Assembly (NCBI GenBank): GCA_048882505.1
Contig: JBHLRO010000002.1
Coordinates: 180,001-212,000, forward strand
Origin: Candidatus Thorarchaeota archaeon
GTDB lineage: Archaea > Asgardarchaeota > Heimdallarchaeia > Hodarchaeales > Hodarchaeaceae
Direction: 5' to 3'
DNA: 32,000 nt
Part shown: positions 27,272-32,000 of the stretch, piece after piece
How the letters are laid out: each line of letters opens with the position of its first letter
Position numbering within the stretch: position 1 is the first letter of the stretch
Program-made: the position numbers and the translations under genes
Notes under the pieces: model-generated
Databases searched by the model: none
What the model saw: the letters and a program-made list of their open reading frames with translations, nothing else
What the model was told of the DNA's origin: nothing

Positions 27272-28348
27272 ATGTCAGATGGTTTAGAAAAAGAAACAAT
27301 CAAACGTCTCACCTCGGTCGGGAATGTTCTCAAAAATCCCTTTCAGCTGGTTGATGAAGTTCTCGCTGAATTAGGAAGTTTACAATCGTCTCACATCAAG
27401 ACAAGTGTTTCTGGGAGTCCTAGTATTGGCCCTAAGAAGCCCAAGAAAGGGCAAACTAAGCGAAAAAGACGTTCTCAAACAAAAAGCAAAACCAAACCAA
27501 GAACAGGTAATCGATCGGGCGGCATGCTTTCTGATTTAGCTAGTATGGTTCAAAGCTGCAGAACCTGTGGTCGCGGGGCTTTTCAAGATGAGCTCATTGA
27601 TGGAATGTGCGACTCGTGTATAAAGCAATTGAGTTTGGTAAGTACTGGTGTGGATGAGGGTCTTTCAAACCGTCTTAAAACGCTAGAAGCACAGATCAAA
27701 GAAATGAAATCGAAAAACGCAAGCCAAAGGCGAATCTCTTTGAACGATATTCGGAGGGAGATTCTGGCCACCATCCGTAAGGATTTACGGTTCGAGATTC
27801 AATCAGTAGCAAAGGGGATGAACGCGAATAATCCCCCTTCATCGCAGGGAATTTCAGGAGTTCCTCCCCCGCCCCCTCTGCCCCAAACAAATTCCGTGGG
27901 TATAGCATCTAGTTTAGATGAAATCGATTTTACCACCATGAATTTGACAGATCTAGCCAATTTTACGCCAGAATTCCTTGACTCGTTATCCCTTGCTAAA
28001 AGAAATCAATTTCGGGCTCGATTGAGAGAATTGCAACAGTTGGAACGAATGACGCCAAAACAACGAACAGAATACTACGAGCATAAGAAGCGAGAAGCAG
28101 AGGAGCAAGCAAAATTCTCAGATCTTCAATCCACCTTGAAAAATTTAGAGGAATTAGCAAATCCACTTTTCATGAAAATGAAAGAACAGGCGGAGGGTTC
28201 AACATTATCAGGAAAAGGCACGCTAGGAAGATTTGACGATGTGAATGTTTACATCCTTTGTCACAACTGCAAAAACACTAACGAGGTACAAGAAGGGAAA
28301 GATCAACCTGTGTGTGCTTTTTGTGGGACCTCATTGGAAATGAGATGA
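27272..28348 (+). CDS. Modular protein: K/R-rich patch, Zn finger, coiled coil, polyproline motif, helical region and C-terminal Zn ribbon
   Basis: PKKPKKGQTKRKRRSQTKSKTKPR; CRTC...CDSC; GVPPPPPLP; CHNC...CAFC. Starts 3 nt after the upstream gene. Confidence 0.8.
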   Translation: MSDGLEKETIKRLTSVGNVLKNPFQLVDEVLAELGSLQSSHIKTSVSGSPSIGPKKPKKGQTKRKRRSQTKSKTKPRTGNRSGGMLSDLASMVQSCRTCGRGAFQDELIDGMCDSCIKQLSLVSTGVDEGLSNRLKTLEAQIKEMKSKNASQRRISLNDIRREILATIRKDLRFEIQSVAKGMNANNPPSSQGISGVPPPPPLPQTNSVGIASSLDEIDFTTMNLTDLANFTPEFLDSLSLAKRNQFRARLRELQQLERMTPKQRTEYYEHKKREAEEQAKFSDLQSTLKNLEELANPLFMKMKEQAEGSTLSGKGTLGRFDDVNVYILCHNCKNTNEVQEGKDQPVCAFCGTSLEMR

Positions 28349-28474
28349 TTTTCAAGGATTTGATATCATAATCTAGGCTATAGACTGTACTGTGAGTAGC
28401 ATAATGGACAGAGAGGATCCTACTCGTTAATAACAGTGTCTGAACATTTTTTGAACCCTTGCTGGTTGTGAAAC

Positions 28475-28490
28475 AATAACAAATGTTATT
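28475..28490. promoter_or_regulatory. Perfect inverted repeat AATAACA-AA-TGTTATT (possible operator)
   Basis: 7-2-7 palindrome in the intergenic region upstream of the gene at 28672. Confidence 0.35.
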
Positions 28491-28671
28491 TGGGTGTGAG
28501 TGCAGATCTCTGAGTGAAATAGAAGGGCTAATAAGCCAACTTGCTCCCTCTATGGAGCATTAATTGGTCATCCCGGACATTAAACAAACCGCTTCTTCGT
28601 AGGGATGGGTTTTTAGGAAGTGGTTCTGCAAGGGTATCCCAGCCAGACAGTCATAGGTTGGATGAACTCTC

Positions 28672-29562
28672 ATGAATTGGACAGACAATGAAAGCTCCAA
28701 AACTGCACAGGGCTTCTTAAACCGGGTATCTGGCGTTACACTCTGGGAGGAAATGGTTCGGGATCGGAAGGAGTTTTGTCTTAAACAATGTCAGAATAAC
28801 AAAGTTGTGAACATGCTCCGGCCGAAATGCACAGAAAGGCGATATTTAGACGTCCTATTACTGAAACGCGAACCTAAGAAGGGGATGCCTATGTTCTGTT
28901 ATTCACAACGAGTGAAGGAACTCACCCGTTCGTTCAAAGAAGGGCATACACTGCTGGCCGATGTTTATGTGTATATAGATGATTTTTACTCGATCATTCA
29001 CGAGAAACATTCGAAATCCCGTCGTGCAGCCTCAGATTTGTTGAAAAGATCGTTTAGCAGGAAGCCCGCTGAGGTTGTAGGTAGTCAGGATTACCTTATC
29101 GAAACACATTACGTTCGAGGAATGCTTTTTATTCTCTGGCCCAAGCTAGATCTCTGCTTGGTCAATGCACAAGACACTAGTATTCATAGTTTGACTATGT
29201 TCCAGTCTATTGCAGAAATCCTGGCGGAATCTTTTGCGCTTGAGGTAGAGATGGAGAGCGAAGGCAATTTTATCGAGCTTCGCTTTGCCAACCTGACCTT
29301 AACGGACTCAGTAATTATCGAAGAGAAACTGCAGATGCATTCTGCATTCACGGGGTATTCAGGAAATGAAGTTTGGGCGGAAGTTCATTTACCAACAATA
29401 ATTGAAGAAGAAGAACATGAATTCCGAGTCAAAGATCTTCATAGCATTTTCCAGACAGTGGCTGAGGTAACTGAGATCCGAGAGGTCCAGGAAGGGGAAA
29501 CTGGAGAAAAAGAAGCGGAAGAAGTTCCGCTCGCAGATTTATCGGAAGAACTCGATACCTGA
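28672..29562 (+). CDS. Hypothetical protein (alpha/beta, acidic C-terminal tail)
   Basis: 296-aa ORF with protein-like composition and no recognised motif. Converges on the Mnd1-like gene with a 10-nt gap. Confidence 0.75.
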   Translation: MNWTDNESSKTAQGFLNRVSGVTLWEEMVRDRKEFCLKQCQNNKVVNMLRPKCTERRYLDVLLLKREPKKGMPMFCYSQRVKELTRSFKEGHTLLADVYVYIDDFYSIIHEKHSKSRRAASDLLKRSFSRKPAEVVGSQDYLIETHYVRGMLFILWPKLDLCLVNAQDTSIHSLTMFQSIAEILAESFALEVEMESEGNFIELRFANLTLTDSVIIEEKLQMHSAFTGYSGNEVWAEVHLPTIIEEEEHEFRVKDLHSIFQTVAEVTEIREVQEGETGEKEAEEVPLADLSEELDT

Positions 29563-29572
29563 CAAATCGCCT

Positions 29573-29980
29573 TCAATATTCATCAAGTGGAGCATTGAAA
29601 TAACCAAGCACCTCCCGCATTGATATCCCTTTTTGCTCGGCTAGGGTTTGAGCCATGGTCAGCGCCGCCTCTTTCCACGGGTCATCAACTCCATCTTGAA
29701 TTTCAAGCCGGCGTACCTTTTCACGTTCAGATTGCAGCTCGCGTTTCATTTCTTGATTCTCTAATTCCAATCGATTAACTAAGGAATCAAGGCCCGTTGT
29801 AGCTTCGGGTGTCACCGAAGGATGATTCCAATAAATGGTCATTCGGCCTATCTTTTTACTCATCAGTTTCCCTTTTTTTACAAATTGTGCTAGATCCGAC
29901 CGTTTAATGCTCAGACCTTTCTTTTCTAATTCCGTAAACGAAAAAGGCTCCTGAAGTGAGAAAATCTCGTTATTCACCAC
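29573..29980 (-). CDS. Mnd1/Hop2-like winged-helix, coiled-coil and Swi5/LZ3wCH-like protein (candidate eukaryotic signature protein)
   Basis: EIFSLQEPFSFTELEKKG...KIGRMTIYWNHPS and WKEAALTMAQTLAEQKGISMREVLGYFNAPLD align by eye with the Mnd1 N- and C-termini (eukaryotic sequences recalled from memory). GTG start with GGGGT RBS. Confidence 0.7.
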   Translation of the reverse strand: MVNNEIFSLQEPFSFTELEKKGLSIKRSDLAQFVKKGKLMSKKIGRMTIYWNHPSVTPEATTGLDSLVNRLELENQEMKRELQSEREKVRRLEIQDGVDDPWKEAALTMAQTLAEQKGISMREVLGYFNAPLDEY

Positions 29981-30160
29981 AAATAAACCCCATACTAAGT
30001 TTGCGAGAATATGATCGCCAAGAACTTATTGCGAACATACTTTAAAAAACACTCTCCGCACCTCTGTCCAAATGTTTCTTGGGTGAAATTTTGATTCCCT
30101 AAGTTTTGGAAGTCTACATCGTTCGTTCTTAACGTTAGTATCAGGAAATTGGTTTTTAAA

Positions 30161-31579
30161 ATGGATTTAGAAGAATTTCGTAAGAATGGTCATATGCTAG
30201 TTGATTGGATGACTGATTATTTAGGGACAGTTGAACAATATCCAGTGAAATCACAGGTTAAACCTCGTGAGATCTATAATCAGATCCCAGATGAACCACC
30301 AACCGTGGGTGAGGATTTCAATCACATATTCAGTGAATTCGAAAACAAAATCATTCCTGGAATTACTCACTGGCAACATCCCTGTTTTTTCGCATATTTT
30401 CCTGCAAATAGTAGCCGACCATCTATTTTGGCTGAAATGTTGACAGCTACTCTTGCTGCACAGTGTATGATTTGGGATACCTCCCCTGCAGCCGCAGAGC
30501 TAGAAGAAAAGATGATGAATTGGTTGAGGGATATGATTGGATTACCCAAGTCCTTTTCTGGGGTAATTCAAGATACAGCATCGACTGCAACTCTCTGCTC
30601 ACTTTTGACGGCAAGAGAGAAGGCTACTCACTATGAGGTCAATGCTACTGGATTGTATAGCAAAAGAGCTTTTACAATATATTGTTCAAGTGAAACACAC
30701 TCGAGTATTGAGAAAGACGTCAAGATCGTTGGGTTAGGAAAGAACAATTTAAGGAAGGTTTCCGTGGATCAGAATTATGCCCTACGACCTGATAAACTAG
30801 AAGAAATCATTAAAAGGGATCTTAATGATGGATTTACTCCACTGGCCGTTGTGGCTACGATCGGAACGACTGGATCTACCGCGATTGATCCAATAAAGCA
30901 TATCGGGGAAATTTGTAGAAAGTATAAGATATGGCTTCATGTGGACGCAGCTTTGGCAGGAACCGCCCTACTTCTCCCTGAAAAGCGGTGGATGATTGAG
31001 GGGATAGAATATGTTGACACATTCACATTCAATCCTCATAAGTGGATGTTTACAAATTTTGACTGCAACGCTTACTTCATAAAGGATTCCGAGGCTCTTG
31101 TACGGACATTTGAGATCACTCCCGAATATCTTAAGACGCAGGCCAGAAATGTGAATAACTATCGAGATTGGGGGGTTCCACTTGGCCGAAGATTTCGGGC
31201 ATTGAAGTTATGGTTTGTTATCAGGCATTTTGGTGTTTCTGGATTGCAAGAAAAAATCCGATATCATTTAGATATGACAGACATGCTGAGAAAAAAAATC
31301 GAACAAGCAGATGATTTTGAATTATTAGCACCAGTTCCGTTGAATACAATTTGTTTCAGATATAAGCCCTCATCCATTAGGGATATGGAGAAACTCAATA
31401 GAATGAATGAGGAATTGCTTGTAAGAACGAATCAAACGGGAAAACTCTATCTAACTCATACGAAACTGAATGGAAACTATAGTCTACGATTCGTAGTAGG
31501 CCAAACCGATACTCAAGAGAGACATGTCAACCAGGCATGGGAAATAATTCAAGATTTAGCCAAAAAAATAAACTTTTAA
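30161..31579 (+). CDS. Group II PLP-dependent decarboxylase (aromatic-L-amino-acid/tyrosine decarboxylase-like)
   Basis: THWQHP.FFAYFP, HSSIEK, HVDAALAG, FNPHKW (PLP lysine) and LGRRFRALKLW motifs. Start at ATG 30161. Confidence 0.93.
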   Translation: MDLEEFRKNGHMLVDWMTDYLGTVEQYPVKSQVKPREIYNQIPDEPPTVGEDFNHIFSEFENKIIPGITHWQHPCFFAYFPANSSRPSILAEMLTATLAAQCMIWDTSPAAAELEEKMMNWLRDMIGLPKSFSGVIQDTASTATLCSLLTAREKATHYEVNATGLYSKRAFTIYCSSETHSSIEKDVKIVGLGKNNLRKVSVDQNYALRPDKLEEIIKRDLNDGFTPLAVVATIGTTGSTAIDPIKHIGEICRKYKIWLHVDAALAGTALLLPEKRWMIEGIEYVDTFTFNPHKWMFTNFDCNAYFIKDSEALVRTFEITPEYLKTQARNVNNYRDWGVPLGRRFRALKLWFVIRHFGVSGLQEKIRYHLDMTDMLRKKIEQADDFELLAPVPLNTICFRYKPSSIRDMEKLNRMNEELLVRTNQTGKLYLTHTKLNGNYSLRFVVGQTDTQERHVNQAWEIIQDLAKKINF

Positions 31580-31617
31580 ATGGGAAAGCTAGCATTTCAG
31601 AGAGGAAACGGCATCTT

Positions 31618-32000
31618 ATGTATACTATTCGGAAAAAAGACGGGTGGGGTCGCATAGGCATGCTAGAAACCAACCATGGCAAGATGATGACCCCAGTGTT
31701 ACTTCCAGTCATCAATCCTAATCGTCAAATGGTTTCTCCTCAAGAAATGGTTCGGCTAGGTGCGGAAGCATTTATCACTAACGCATATCTCTTGTTCCGT
31801 AACGCTGACAACCGAGAAAGTGTCCTTCAATCAGGATTACATAAATATCTAGAGTTTTCGGGCCCCATAATGACTGATTCGGGGGCATTTCAACTAATGC
31901 AATACGGGGATGTCGAAGTATCCAACCTTGAGATTATACAATTTCAGGAACAAATAGGAAGCGACATCGGGGTATTTTTGGACGTTCCGGTCAAAACTGA
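31618..32000 (+). CDS. tgtA: Archaeal tRNA-guanine(15) transglycosylase, N-terminal part; runs off the window edge
   Basis: Not in the ORF track; translated by hand: MYTIRKKDGWGRIGMLETNHGKMMTPVLLPVINP...ITNAY...GLHKYLEFSGPIMTDSGAFQLMQYG...FQEQIGSDIGVFLDVP. The MTDSG catalytic motif is in its archaeal context. Confidence 0.92.
   Translation, partial: MYTIRKKDGWGRIGMLETNHGKMMTPVLLPVINPNRQMVSPQEMVRLGAEAFITNAYLLFRNADNRESVLQSGLHKYLEFSGPIMTDSGAFQLMQYGDVEVSNLEIIQFQEQIGSDIGVFLDVPVKT

Overview
Archaeal chromosomal window with no rRNA, tRNA, CRISPR array or transposase detected. Gene content points to an Asgard archaeon, most likely Heimdallarchaeia (inference from TFB, archaeal TgtA, an archaeal-type SF2 helicase, a Roadblock-like protein, many zinc-ribbon proteins and large membrane-anchored toroid/Ig proteins). 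Recognisable housekeeping genes: lipA, tfb, a polyprenyl diphosphate synthase, class II RNR nrdJ, a CopB-type P1B ATPase, a group II PLP decarboxylase and tgtA. Two edge-truncated genes missing from the ORF track were recovered by hand: a COG1202-like helicase (1-727, minus) and tgtA (31618-32000, plus). Three candidates stand out. (1) A 135-aa protein (29573-29980) aligns by eye with the winged helix of the eukaryotic meiotic factor Mnd1 and with the C-terminal bundle shared by Hop2-Mnd1 and Swi5-Sfr1. It closes an unannotated four-gene cluster that includes a second wHTH/coiled-coil protein. (2) A ribbon-helix-helix domain is fused to a sugar-nucleotidyltransferase lacking both catalytic basic residues, and this gene is coupled to a cellulose-synthase-like GT2. 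(3) A CdrS/aCcr1-like RHH gene is preceded by three palindromic sites spaced exactly 30 bp apart. All homology calls come from motif recognition without database searches.
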